From: Dickeya solani IPO 2222
GTDB taxonomy: Bacteria > Pseudomonadota > Gammaproteobacteria > Enterobacterales > Enterobacteriaceae
NCBI RefSeq assembly: GCF_001644705.1
Contig: NZ_CP015137.1
Span: 1,650,001-1,682,000 of the forward strand
Length of the DNA stretch: 32,000 bases
Reading direction: 5' to 3'
The notes under the pieces were generated by a model. The model saw nothing but the letters and a program-made list of their open reading frames with translations. It ran no database searches and was not told where the DNA came from. Shown here in pieces: positions 22,176 through 30,122 of this stretch (position 1 is the first letter of the stretch; each line of letters starts with the position of its first letter). The position numbers were made by a program, and so were the translations under genes.

Positions 22176-22226
22176 GGTTTCCATGACGATTCGGTTTTCA
22201 TGACGATTCGATTTTCATGATGCTCT
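22176..22226 (+). repeat. Three head-to-tail 17-bp direct repeats GGTTTTCATGACGATTC
   Basis: Units at 22176-22192 (ggtttccatgacgattc), 22193-22209 (ggttttcatgacgattc) and 22210-22226 (gattttcatgatgctct). Identities are 16/17 and 12/17. Their orientation is opposite to the 22037-22075 copies. Confidence 0.9.
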
Positions 22227-22616
22227 GTCTTGCTCCGACGGGGACACAACGTGTAAACGAGTATGACTGAATCGCACCTGCCCGATTTATCCGCTTACCC
22301 AACCCGCCCAAGCGGTTTTTATCATAACGTGCGCCTCAAGAAACAAAAAACACACATTAATTAAACAAAAAATCAACCAGCCTATTTTTTCACCATTACT
22401 TACCGATAACACATAAATTATATTTATCTTTATTACCAACAAATGCTTACAACTCACTTGCCAGCAAGGGATGCATCCGTACCGCTCCACCACAAGAATA
22501 AATAACGTTTAACTGTAACCAACCGTGGGAGGGGTTATGCCCCCCAAACGGAAGACAGATTCGGATGATACCCACGTCAATCATGACACCACGATCACTC
22601 AGCAAGGGAGTCGCTA

Positions 22617-23867
22617 ATGAATGCATTAACGCGTCGGAACTTTATGGCGTTTACTGTCGGTGGAACCGTCGCACTGGCCGCCGGCAAGCTGCATGCGCAA
22701 GACAACGCCATTCCGTGGACCGGCAATGGCCTGGGCGGTAATGACCCCGGCCCGCAAAACCCGCTGCGGCAAGCGCAGAACCCGGATCTGGTCAACCCGC
22801 CGTTGACCGACAACGGCACCCTGCCTAACCTGCGTTTTTCTTTTAGCGACGCGCACATACGCAAAGGCAGCGGTGGCTGGACGCGTCAGGTGACGCAGCG
22901 AGAACTGGGAATTTCCACCACTATCGCCGGCGTTGATATGCGCCTTAACGCCGGCGGCATCCGTGAACTGCACTGGCACAAAGAAGGTGAATGGGCTTAT
23001 ATGCTGTACGGCAATGCCCGCATCACCGCCATCGACGCCGAGGGACGCTGGTTTGTCGACGATCTGGGCATCGGCGATTTATGGTATTTCCCGCCCGGCG
23101 TACCGCACTCAATTCAGGGGCTGGGGCCGGATGGCTGCGAATTTCTGCTGGCGTTTGACAGCGGCAACTTCGACGAAGACAGCACCTTCCTGCTGAGCGA
23201 CTGGTTCAAGCACGTCCCACCGGAAGTGCTGGCAAAAAACTTCGGTGTACCGGTAGAGACATTCAGCCATCTGCCCAGCCCGTCCGAAGAGTACATTTTT
23301 GCCGCGCCAGTGCCGGAGGCGATCGACAAAGGCGCATTTGGCGGCGCAGGTCAGGTTGCCAACCCATTCAGTCACCGCATGCTGGCGCAAAACCCAATCA
23401 AAATGAAGGGTGGCACGGTGCGCATTACCGATTCATCGGTTTTCAAGGTATCCAAAACCATCGCCGCCGCGCTGGTGGAACTGGAGCCCGGCGCGATGCG
23501 GGAACTGCACTGGCACCCCAACAATGACGAATGGCAATACTATCTCGAAGGGGAAGGACGGATGGGGGTGTTCGCTTCATCCGGGCAGGCGCGAACCTTC
23601 GATTTTCGGGCCGGCGACGTCGGCTATGTGCCGTTTGCCATGGGGCACTATGTGGAGAACACCGGCACCACACCGCTACGTTTTCTGGAACTGTTCAAGA
23701 GCGACCACTACGCGGACATCTCTCTCAATCAATGGCTGGCGCTGACGCCGCCAACGCTGGTGGAACAGCACCTGCATCTGAACGACACCTTCATGCGTTC
23801 GTTGCAAAAAAACAAAGCGCCGATTGTCCCTGATTATCCGGCAGCGGATACACATCAAAAGCGCTAA
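22617..23867 (+). CDS. Bicupin oxalate decarboxylase-family protein with a twin-arginine signal peptide
   Basis: 416-aa ORF. The N-terminus is MNALTRRNFMAFTVGGTVALAAGKLHA|QD (Tat motif T-R-R-x-F). Both cupin Mn sites are present: ELHWHKEGEWAYMLYG...GDLWYFPPGVPHSIQG and ELHWHPNNDEWQYYLEG...GDVGYVPFAMGHYVEN. Collinear with B. subtilis OxdC as I remember it. Confidence 0.88.
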   Translation: MNALTRRNFMAFTVGGTVALAAGKLHAQDNAIPWTGNGLGGNDPGPQNPLRQAQNPDLVNPPLTDNGTLPNLRFSFSDAHIRKGSGGWTRQVTQRELGISTTIAGVDMRLNAGGIRELHWHKEGEWAYMLYGNARITAIDAEGRWFVDDLGIGDLWYFPPGVPHSIQGLGPDGCEFLLAFDSGNFDEDSTFLLSDWFKHVPPEVLAKNFGVPVETFSHLPSPSEEYIFAAPVPEAIDKGAFGGAGQVANPFSHRMLAQNPIKMKGGTVRITDSSVFKVSKTIAAALVELEPGAMRELHWHPNNDEWQYYLEGEGRMGVFASSGQARTFDFRAGDVGYVPFAMGHYVENTGTTPLRFLELFKSDHYADISLNQWLALTPPTLVEQHLHLNDTFMRSLQKNKAPIVPDYPAADTHQKR

Positions 23868-23906
23868 CTAAGCCACGGTATAAAGACGATGGATTAACCA
23901 TGATAA

Positions 23907-23933
23907 GAAAAAGGCCGCAAACGCGGCCTTTTC
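23907..23933. terminator. Bidirectional rho-independent terminator (oxdC-like gene / slyD)
   Basis: gaaaaAGGCCGCaaacGCGGCCTtttc. Perfect 8-bp stem with a 4-nt loop. An A-run and a T-run flank it, between convergent genes. Confidence 0.78.
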
Positions 23934-23946
23934 GGGGAAGGGCAAA

Positions 23947-24531
23947 TCAGTTGTGGCAACCGCAGCCGCCGTGACCGCCGCAACCGCCTTTACCGTGGTC
24001 ATGATCGTGGTCGTGATCATGTCCGTGTCCACCGCAGCAACCGTCGTGATCGTGGTCATGATCGTCCGCGCCGTGTACATGGCCGTGCGCCAGTTCTTCT
24101 TCCGTCGCTTCGCGGATGGCGACCACTTCCACGTTGAATTTCAGGTTCTGACCCGCCAGCATGTGGTTGCCGTCAACCACCACGTGCTCGTCCTGCACCT
24201 CAGTGATTTCTACCGGTACCGGACCCTGGTCGGTATCGGCCAGAAAACGCATGCCGACCTGCAGCTCGTCTACGCCAACAAACACGTCTTTCGGCACGCG
24301 CTGGACCAGATTGTCATCATATTCGCCGTAGGCGTCGTTAGCACCGACGCTCACGTCAAAATGCTCGCCCACATCGCGGCCTTCCAGCGCTTTTTCCAGA
24401 CCGGAAATCAGCGAGCCGTGACCATGCAGATAGTCCAGCGGTGCGCTCACCGGAGACTCATCAACCAATACACCATCTTCCGTACGTACCTGATAGGCCA
24501 GGCTGACCACCAGGTCTTTTGCTACTTTCAT
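23947..24531 (-). CDS. slyD: FKBP-type peptidyl-prolyl isomerase / metallochaperone SlyD
   Basis: 194-aa ORF MKVAKDLVVSLAYQVRTEDGVLVDESPVSAPLDYLHGHGSLISGLE.ALEG.... It carries a His/Asp/Cys-rich C-terminal tail (HGHVHGADDHDHDHDGCCGGHGHDHDHDHDHGKGGCGGHGGCGCHN). An AGGAGA SD sequence is present. Confidence 0.95.
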   Translation of the reverse strand: MKVAKDLVVSLAYQVRTEDGVLVDESPVSAPLDYLHGHGSLISGLEKALEGRDVGEHFDVSVGANDAYGEYDDNLVQRVPKDVFVGVDELQVGMRFLADTDQGPVPVEITEVQDEHVVVDGNHMLAGQNLKFNVEVVAIREATEEELAHGHVHGADDHDHDHDGCCGGHGHDHDHDHDHGKGGCGGHGGCGCHN

Positions 24532-24667
24532 GATATCTCCTAGCGTTGGAAATCAATTTTGCGCAAATTGTAGCGGAAAAACGTCCCCATGTACTGTCTG
24601 GGATAAAATATCCCGGCTATCGGGTGAATAAGCCGGCTGGCAGCGATGACGTCAGGCTTCTGCCGCC

Positions 24668-24862
24668 CTATTCCGGGCGAAACAGACCGATGATTTCGCC
24701 AGCCGGCGGCGTGGCGGCTTTTGGCGGCGTTTCCGACTGGCTCTGCTGATAACCGCAGTGCACACAGACCACCACCTCATCATCGCCCTCGCGCCCTACC
24801 GCCAGCGTATCTTGCGAGTGGCACTTCGGGCACACTGCCCCGGCAATAAAACGTTTCCGCAT
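24668..24862 (-). CDS. yheV: YheV-family putative zinc-ribbon protein
   Basis: Track ORF 24668..24898, trimmed to the ATG at 24862 (MRKRFIAGAVCPKCHSQDTLAV...VCVHCGYQ..., 64 aa) behind a GGAGGG SD sequence. CxxC...CxxC pattern. Position between slyD and kefB, as in E. coli. Confidence 0.85.
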   Translation of the reverse strand: MRKRFIAGAVCPKCHSQDTLAVGREGDDEVVVCVHCGYQQSQSETPPKAATPPAGEIIGLFRPE

Positions 24863-24930
24863 GGTTGCCCTCCGGCTCCCTCTCTTGATGGTCTGCATTC
24901 ACGGCATACTGCGGTACGCCGCGAACGCGC

Positions 24931-26736
24931 CTAGTGTTCGTCCCAGTCGTCCGGCCGACGTCGCTCACGCAGCATTTCGCGCTCGAAGATATCTTCCAGT
25001 TCGCGGCGGGCTTCTTTGACGCGGGAAATCTGCGCCACATCGCCTTTGCGCTGCGGCATCAGCTCTCGCAGCATGCGCATGTCGAGTCGCCGAAAATGCT
25101 GCTGCGCCCGGTAAGCCTGATGGGGATGCATCCCTAATGAGACCAGCGTCTTGCGGCCCAGCTCCAGCGCGCTGGAGAAGGTTTCGCGCGAGAACTGCGT
25201 CACGCCGACCTGCAAAAACTCGTGCGCTTCCACACGGCCGCGCGCGCGGGCCAGAATCTCCAGGTGGGGGAAATGCTGCTGGCACAGATGCACGATGATC
25301 ATCGCGTCTTCCGGCTCGTTACAGGTAATGACGATGGACTGAGCCTGTGCCGCGCCGGCGGCACGCAGCAACTCCAGCTCGGTGGCGTCGCCGTAATAGA
25401 CCTTATAGCCGTAGCTGCGCATCAGGCTGACGGCGCTGATATCACGCTCCAGCACGGTGATGCGCATTTTGTTGGCCATCAGCAAACGGGCGATCACCTG
25501 ACCGAAACGGCCGAACCCCACCACAATCACCTGTGGTTCGTCGTTTTCCACGTACGGCGCTTCATCCGGCTCTTCCTTCGCATTGAAACGGCGCACCAAA
25601 ATACGGTCGATAAGTTGCATCAGGAGCGGCGTCACCATCATCGACAGGGTCACCGTCACCAGCAACAGCGGCAGTTGCGCGCCCTTCAGCACCTTGTGGG
25701 TGGCGGCGGAGGAAAACAGCACAAAGGCGAACTCCCCGCCCTGACTCAACACCCCGGCGAACTGCAAACGCTCGGAGGAGCGCAACCCGTAAAACCGCGC
25801 CAGCAGGTACAGGATCAACCCTTTCGCCACCACCAGAATCGCCACGCCCGCCAGCACCATCAGGATATTGGCGTACAGCACGCCGAGGTTAAGCGACATC
25901 CCCACCGAAATGAAGAACAGTCCCAGCAACAACCCCTTGAACGGCTCGATGGAGATTTCCAGTTCATGACGGTATTCGCTTTCCGCCAGCAGGACGCCGG
26001 CAATAAACGTGCCGAGCGCCATCGACAGCCCCAGCGAGTCCATGAACAGCGCGGAGCCCAGCACCAGCAACAGCGCCGCAGCGGTAAACACTTCCCGCAC
26101 GCCAGACGCGGCGATAAAACGAAACAGCGGGCGCACCAGATAACGACCGCCAATCAGCATGCCGCCGAACGCCACTACCTTCAGCACCACCTGACGCCAG
26201 TCATCCAGTTCGCCCTGTACGCCCGCCATCACCGGAATCAGCGCCAGCGCCGGGATCACCGCCAGGTCCTGAAACAACAGCACTGAAAAGCCGAGCTGGC
26301 CGGACTCGTTACGGTTCATGCCTTTTTCGCGCATCAGTTGCAGCGCGATGGCGGTGGAAGACATCGCCAATCCAATACCGCCAATCAGCGCCGCCTGCCA
26401 GGAAAACTGGCTTAGATACAGCACACCGCCCAGCACCCCAGCGCTCAACAGCACCTGCGCCGCACCGGTGCCGAAGATAGAACGCCGCAACCGCCACAGC
26501 TTGGCGGGGTCCAGTTCCAGACCGATGATAAACATCAGGAACACCACGCCCATCTCAGAAAAGTGCAGGATGGCTTCCACATCACGAATGAAGCCCAACC
26601 CCCACGGGCCGATGGCGATACCGGCCAGCAGATAACCCAGCACCGCGCCGATTCCCAAGCGGGCAGCGATCGGCACCATCAGCACCGCCACAAACAGGAA
26701 CAGCACGCCGGCATTCAGCAAAGAAGAGGTTTCCAT
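24931..26736 (-). CDS. kefB: Glutathione-regulated K+/H+ efflux antiporter KefB
   Basis: 601-aa ORF, collinear with E. coli KefB. Examples: [46 protein letters not shown], and the KTN domain [29 protein letters not shown]. Confidence 0.96.
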   Translation of the reverse strand: METSSLLNAGVLFLFVAVLMVPIAARLGIGAVLGYLLAGIAIGPWGLGFIRDVEAILHFSEMGVVFLMFIIGLELDPAKLWRLRRSIFGTGAAQVLLSAGVLGGVLYLSQFSWQAALIGGIGLAMSSTAIALQLMREKGMNRNESGQLGFSVLLFQDLAVIPALALIPVMAGVQGELDDWRQVVLKVVAFGGMLIGGRYLVRPLFRFIAASGVREVFTAAALLLVLGSALFMDSLGLSMALGTFIAGVLLAESEYRHELEISIEPFKGLLLGLFFISVGMSLNLGVLYANILMVLAGVAILVVAKGLILYLLARFYGLRSSERLQFAGVLSQGGEFAFVLFSSAATHKVLKGAQLPLLLVTVTLSMMVTPLLMQLIDRILVRRFNAKEEPDEAPYVENDEPQVIVVGFGRFGQVIARLLMANKMRITVLERDISAVSLMRSYGYKVYYGDATELELLRAAGAAQAQSIVITCNEPEDAMIIVHLCQQHFPHLEILARARGRVEAHEFLQVGVTQFSRETFSSALELGRKTLVSLGMHPHQAYRAQQHFRRLDMRMLRELMPQRKGDVAQISRVKEARRELEDIFEREMLRERRRPDDWDEH

Positions 26737-26739
26737 GTT

Positions 26740-27294
26740 CTAGGATTCTCCACGCGGAAATGGCGACGCCAGCCAGTTGCCGTAGGCTCTGGCATGTTCT
26801 TGCAACACGTCCGGCGGCAAGCGCCGGGCCCAATAAATCACCAGCGGCGACATCCAGTGCATGTGGCACATGGTCGCCGTCATTTCAAACGGTCTCAATA
26901 CGTCATCCATCGTGTAACGATTCACACCCGCAGACCGGTAAGCGTCTTGCTGCTCGCCGGTGGTCACTACCGACCGCCAGTATTTTCCGGCCAGCGCATT
27001 ACCGCCGACCCCGTTGGCAAAGCCGCGGGTCAACACCCGATCCAGCCACTCTTTCAGCAACGCCGGGCAACTGTAGGTATAAAGCGGATGCTGAAACACG
27101 ATAAGCTGATGCTCACGCAGCAACTGCTGCTCATGATGAATATCGATAAAAAAATCAGGATAGTGCGCGTAAAGATCGTGCACAGTGACATGCCCGAGCT
27201 GGCGGGCAGAATGTAATAACAGCTTATTCGCGACCGAATCCTGGGATTCCGGATGGGCAAATAGCAGCAAAATTTTTGGTGGCTGCGACATCAT
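26740..27294 (-). CDS. kefG: KefB ancillary protein KefG (flavodoxin-like quinone oxidoreductase fold)
   Basis: Track ORF 26740..27315, trimmed to the ATGATG at 27294/27291 ([23 protein letters not shown]...) behind a GGAGGGGA SD sequence. The block [17 protein letters not shown]...[22 protein letters not shown] matches E. coli KefG. Confidence 0.9.
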   Translation of the reverse strand: MMSQPPKILLLFAHPESQDSVANKLLLHSARQLGHVTVHDLYAHYPDFFIDIHHEQQLLREHQLIVFQHPLYTYSCPALLKEWLDRVLTRGFANGVGGNALAGKYWRSVVTTGEQQDAYRSAGVNRYTMDDVLRPFEMTATMCHMHWMSPLVIYWARRLPPDVLQEHARAYGNWLASPFPRGES

Positions 27295-27415
27295 TCCCCT
27301 CCAAAGCGTCGTCATTGCAGGTATTTTCGGCTACCATGCTGCGCAGCAATACAACAGGACACGGCAGTCCTGATACCCGACCGGTAATTTAACATATTTG
27401 AACATTTGGCGCGTT

Positions 27416-29335
27416 ATGATTGTTTTCTCCTCCTTGCAAATTCGACGCGGTACCCGGGTACTGCTGGACAACGCCACCGCGACCGTCAACCCCGGCCAAA
27501 AAGTCGGTCTGGTCGGTAAAAACGGCTGTGGCAAATCAACCCTATTGTCACTGCTGAAAGGGGAAATCAGCGCCGACGGCGGCAGCGTAACCTTTCCGCA
27601 AAACTGGGCGCTGGCGTGGGTCAATCAGGAAACCCCGGCGCTGGCGCGGTCGGCTATCGATTACGTGATCGACGGCGACCGCGAATTCCGCCAGTTGGAA
27701 GCCGAGCTGGACGCGGCGAATGCCCGCAACGACGGCAACGCCATCGCCACCCTGCACGGCAAGCTGGACGCCATTCAGGCCTGGTCGGTTCAAGCCCGCG
27801 CCGCCAGCCTGCTCAATGGGCTCGGTTTTCAGCAGGAACAGTTGCAACGGTCCGTCAGCGATTTCTCCGGCGGCTGGCGTATGCGCCTGAATCTGGCGCA
27901 GGCGCTGATTTGCCGTTCCGACCTGCTGCTGCTCGACGAACCGACCAACCACCTCGATCTGGACGCGGTGATCTGGCTGGAGAAATGGCTGAAAAGCTAT
28001 CCCGGCACGCTGGTGCTGATCTCCCACGACCGGGATTTTCTCGACCCGATCGCCAACCGGATTCTGCATATCGAACAGGAAGCCCTGTTCGAATACACCG
28101 GCAACTACACCTCGTTTGAGCAGCAGCGCGCCACCCGTCTGGCTCAGCAACAGGCCATGTACCAGCATCAGCAGGAACGGGTCACCCATCTGCAGCACTA
28201 CATCGACCGTTTTCGCGCCAAAGCCAGCAAGGCCAAGCAGGCGCAAAGCCGTATCAAGATGCTGGAACGCATGGAGCTGATCGCCCCGGCCCACGTTGAT
28301 AACCCGTTCCGCTTCAGCTTCCGGGCGCCGGAAGCGCTGCCCAACCCGCTGTTGCGGATGGAAAAAGTCAGCGCTGGCTACGGTGACCGGCTGATTCTGG
28401 ACTCCATCAAGCTCAATCTGGTGCCCGGCTCACGCATCGGGTTACTCGGCCACAACGGCGCCGGGAAATCGACGCTTATCAAGCTGCTGGCAGGCGAGCT
28501 TCAGCCGTTCAGCGGCGACATCGGCCTGGCCAAAGGCGTACGTCTCGGCTATTTCGCCCAGCATCAACTGGAGTTCCTGCGCCCCGACGAATCGCCGTTG
28601 CAGCACCTTGTCCGGCTGGCGGAACGGGAAACCGAGCAGCAGTTGCGCGACTACCTCGGCGGTTTTGATTTCCGGGGCGACAAGGTGACCGAGCCCACCG
28701 AACGTTTTTCCGGCGGCGAGAAAGCGCGGCTGGTGCTGGCGCTGATCGTCTGGCAGCGCCCTAACCTGCTGCTGCTCGACGAACCGACCAACCACCTGGA
28801 TCTCGACATGCGCCAGGCGCTGACCGAAGCGTTGATCGACTTCGAAGGGGCGCTGGTGGTGGTGTCTCACGATCGTCACCTGATCCGATCCACCACCGAC
28901 GATCTCTATCTGGTGCACGACCGCAAGGTCGAGCCGTTTGACGGCGATCTGGAGGATTACCAACAATGGCTGCTGGATGCGCAGAAGCAGGATAACGCCA
29001 CGGAATCCGCCGCCAGAGACAACGCCGCCAACAGCGCTCAGTCGAGAAAGGATCAGAAACGGCGCGACGCCGAGCTACGCACGCTGACCCAGCCGCTGCG
29101 CAAGCAGATTACCCAACTGGAACAACAGATGGAGAAACTGCAAACCGCGCTGACGGCGGTGGAAGAGCGTCTGGCCGACAGCGGGCTTTATGACGTCAGC
29201 CGTAAAAGCGAACTGACCGAGTGCCTGCAACAGCAAAGCGCGACGAAAGCGGATCTGGAAAACGCCGAAATGGCCTGGCTGGATGCGCAGGAACAGCTGG
29301 AACAGTTGCTGCGCGACGCGGAAAGCCAGGGGTAA
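27416..29335 (+). CDS. yheS: ABC-F family ATPase YheS
   Basis: Track ORF 27398..29335, trimmed to the ATG at 27416 (MIVFSSLQIRRG.RVLLDNATAT.NPGQKVGLVGKNGCGKSTLL..., 639 aa). Two ABC cassettes and no TM domain. Collinear with E. coli YheS, including the C-terminal coiled-coil. Confidence 0.94.
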   Translation: MIVFSSLQIRRGTRVLLDNATATVNPGQKVGLVGKNGCGKSTLLSLLKGEISADGGSVTFPQNWALAWVNQETPALARSAIDYVIDGDREFRQLEAELDAANARNDGNAIATLHGKLDAIQAWSVQARAASLLNGLGFQQEQLQRSVSDFSGGWRMRLNLAQALICRSDLLLLDEPTNHLDLDAVIWLEKWLKSYPGTLVLISHDRDFLDPIANRILHIEQEALFEYTGNYTSFEQQRATRLAQQQAMYQHQQERVTHLQHYIDRFRAKASKAKQAQSRIKMLERMELIAPAHVDNPFRFSFRAPEALPNPLLRMEKVSAGYGDRLILDSIKLNLVPGSRIGLLGHNGAGKSTLIKLLAGELQPFSGDIGLAKGVRLGYFAQHQLEFLRPDESPLQHLVRLAERETEQQLRDYLGGFDFRGDKVTEPTERFSGGEKARLVLALIVWQRPNLLLLDEPTNHLDLDMRQALTEALIDFEGALVVVSHDRHLIRSTTDDLYLVHDRKVEPFDGDLEDYQQWLLDAQKQDNATESAARDNAANSAQSRKDQKRRDAELRTLTQPLRKQITQLEQQMEKLQTALTAVEERLADSGLYDVSRKSELTECLQQQSATKADLENAEMAWLDAQEQLEQLLRDAESQG

Positions 29336-29355
29336 ATCCCGGCTTCGCGTTTGAA

Positions 29356-29386
29356 CGGCGGGCGCAAGCCCGCCGCTTTCTTCTTC
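29356..29386 (+). terminator. Rho-independent terminator of yheS
   Basis: CGGCGGGC-gcaa-GCCCGCCG is a perfect 8-bp GC stem. It is followed by ctttcttcttc. Confidence 0.65.
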
Positions 29387-29397
29387 ATGCCAAATCA

Positions 29398-30003
29398 TCA
29401 ATGCCAAATCATCAGCACGCAGGTCGCCGTCAGCAACCCCATGCCGAGATTGAACATCTTCCAGGCGCGCGGACTGCGTAACAAGCGGCCGATCATCGCG
29501 CCGAATCCCAGCCAGATAACCCCGGCCACAAAATTAACGCCCACCATCGCGATGCTGATAGCCACCACCGACCCCGTATAACCTTCCCCGGCCAGACTAA
29601 ACCCCGCCACCGCGCCCAGCGCCATCAGCCAGGCCTTTGGATTAAGGAATTGCAGCAACCCGCCCTGATACAGCGGGATCGGCGCCGGCGGCGCGGTGTC
29701 GGTATCCAACTTTTCATACACCGCGGTGGCAATCTTCCACGACAACCACAGCAGATACACGCTGCCCAATACTTTCAGCGCCAGATGCAGCGACGGATAG
29801 AGCAGGATCAGGCTACCCAGCCCCAGCGCCACCAGCAGCAACATGATTTGCATGCCGACCATGATGCCCAACATCAGCGGCATGGAACGCCATACGCCAA
29901 AATTGGCGGCAGAGGCGGTAAGTAGCATATTATTGGGGCCGGGCGTAATGGCTGCGACCCACAAGAAACCGAGCATCGAAAGAAACAGACTGAAGTGCTC
30001 CAT
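29398..30003 (-). CDS. LysE/RhtB-family amino-acid exporter (EamB/YfiK-like)
   Basis: Track ORF 29398..30036, trimmed to the ATG at 30003 (MEHFSLFLSMLGFLWVAAITPGPNNMLL..., 201 aa). It has the TPGPNN signature, the WKIA block and about 6 TM helices. E. coli K-12 has no gene at this position between yheS and yheT. Confidence 0.85.
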   Translation of the reverse strand: MEHFSLFLSMLGFLWVAAITPGPNNMLLTASAANFGVWRSMPLMLGIMVGMQIMLLLVALGLGSLILLYPSLHLALKVLGSVYLLWLSWKIATAVYEKLDTDTAPPAPIPLYQGGLLQFLNPKAWLMALGAVAGFSLAGEGYTGSVVAISIAMVGVNFVAGVIWLGFGAMIGRLLRSPRAWKMFNLGMGLLTATCVLMIWH

Positions 30004-30122
30004 GAAACGACAATCCTTTAACGGAAGGGACGTCACAACCTAGCAGTGCGGTGTGATGCAGACAAGCTTTTCACCGTGCCGCAACAGCTATCACGGCACC
30101 TTTTCATCATGGCTTTCTGGTT

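Noticed and set aside
22007-22249. 80-aa minus-strand ORF spanning both repeat sets (contains EPDFMTKEPDFMTKK)
   Set aside because: The internal peptide repeats simply mirror the DNA repeats. It has no SD sequence, it overlaps the CPBP start out of frame, and its composition is not protein-like.
22287-22493. 68-aa minus-strand ORF in the AT-rich tract
   Set aside because: It lies in DNA of about 28% GC, which is stop-poor on this frame by chance. It has no SD sequence, and the hydrophobic, Ile/Leu/Phe/Cys-rich product is typical of AT-rich noise.
23953-24100. Repetitive GTGATC/GTGGTC/ATGATC DNA and the 196-aa + strand ORF opposite slyD
   Set aside because: The repeats encode the known His/Asp/Cys-rich metal-binding tail of SlyD. 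The + strand ORF is its antisense. This is not a novel element.
25222-26286. 354-aa + strand ORF rich in H, R and Q
   Set aside because: Antisense to kefB. The composition (runs of HHRQ and QQQ) is typical of a reverse-frame artefact. There is no SD sequence and no recognisable fold.
27354-27371. Perfect 6-bp hairpin CAGGAC-acggca-GTCCTG in the kefG/yheS divergent region
   Set aside because: It is short, has no T-run, and lies between divergent promoters where a terminator makes no sense. The evidence is too weak to call a regulatory element.
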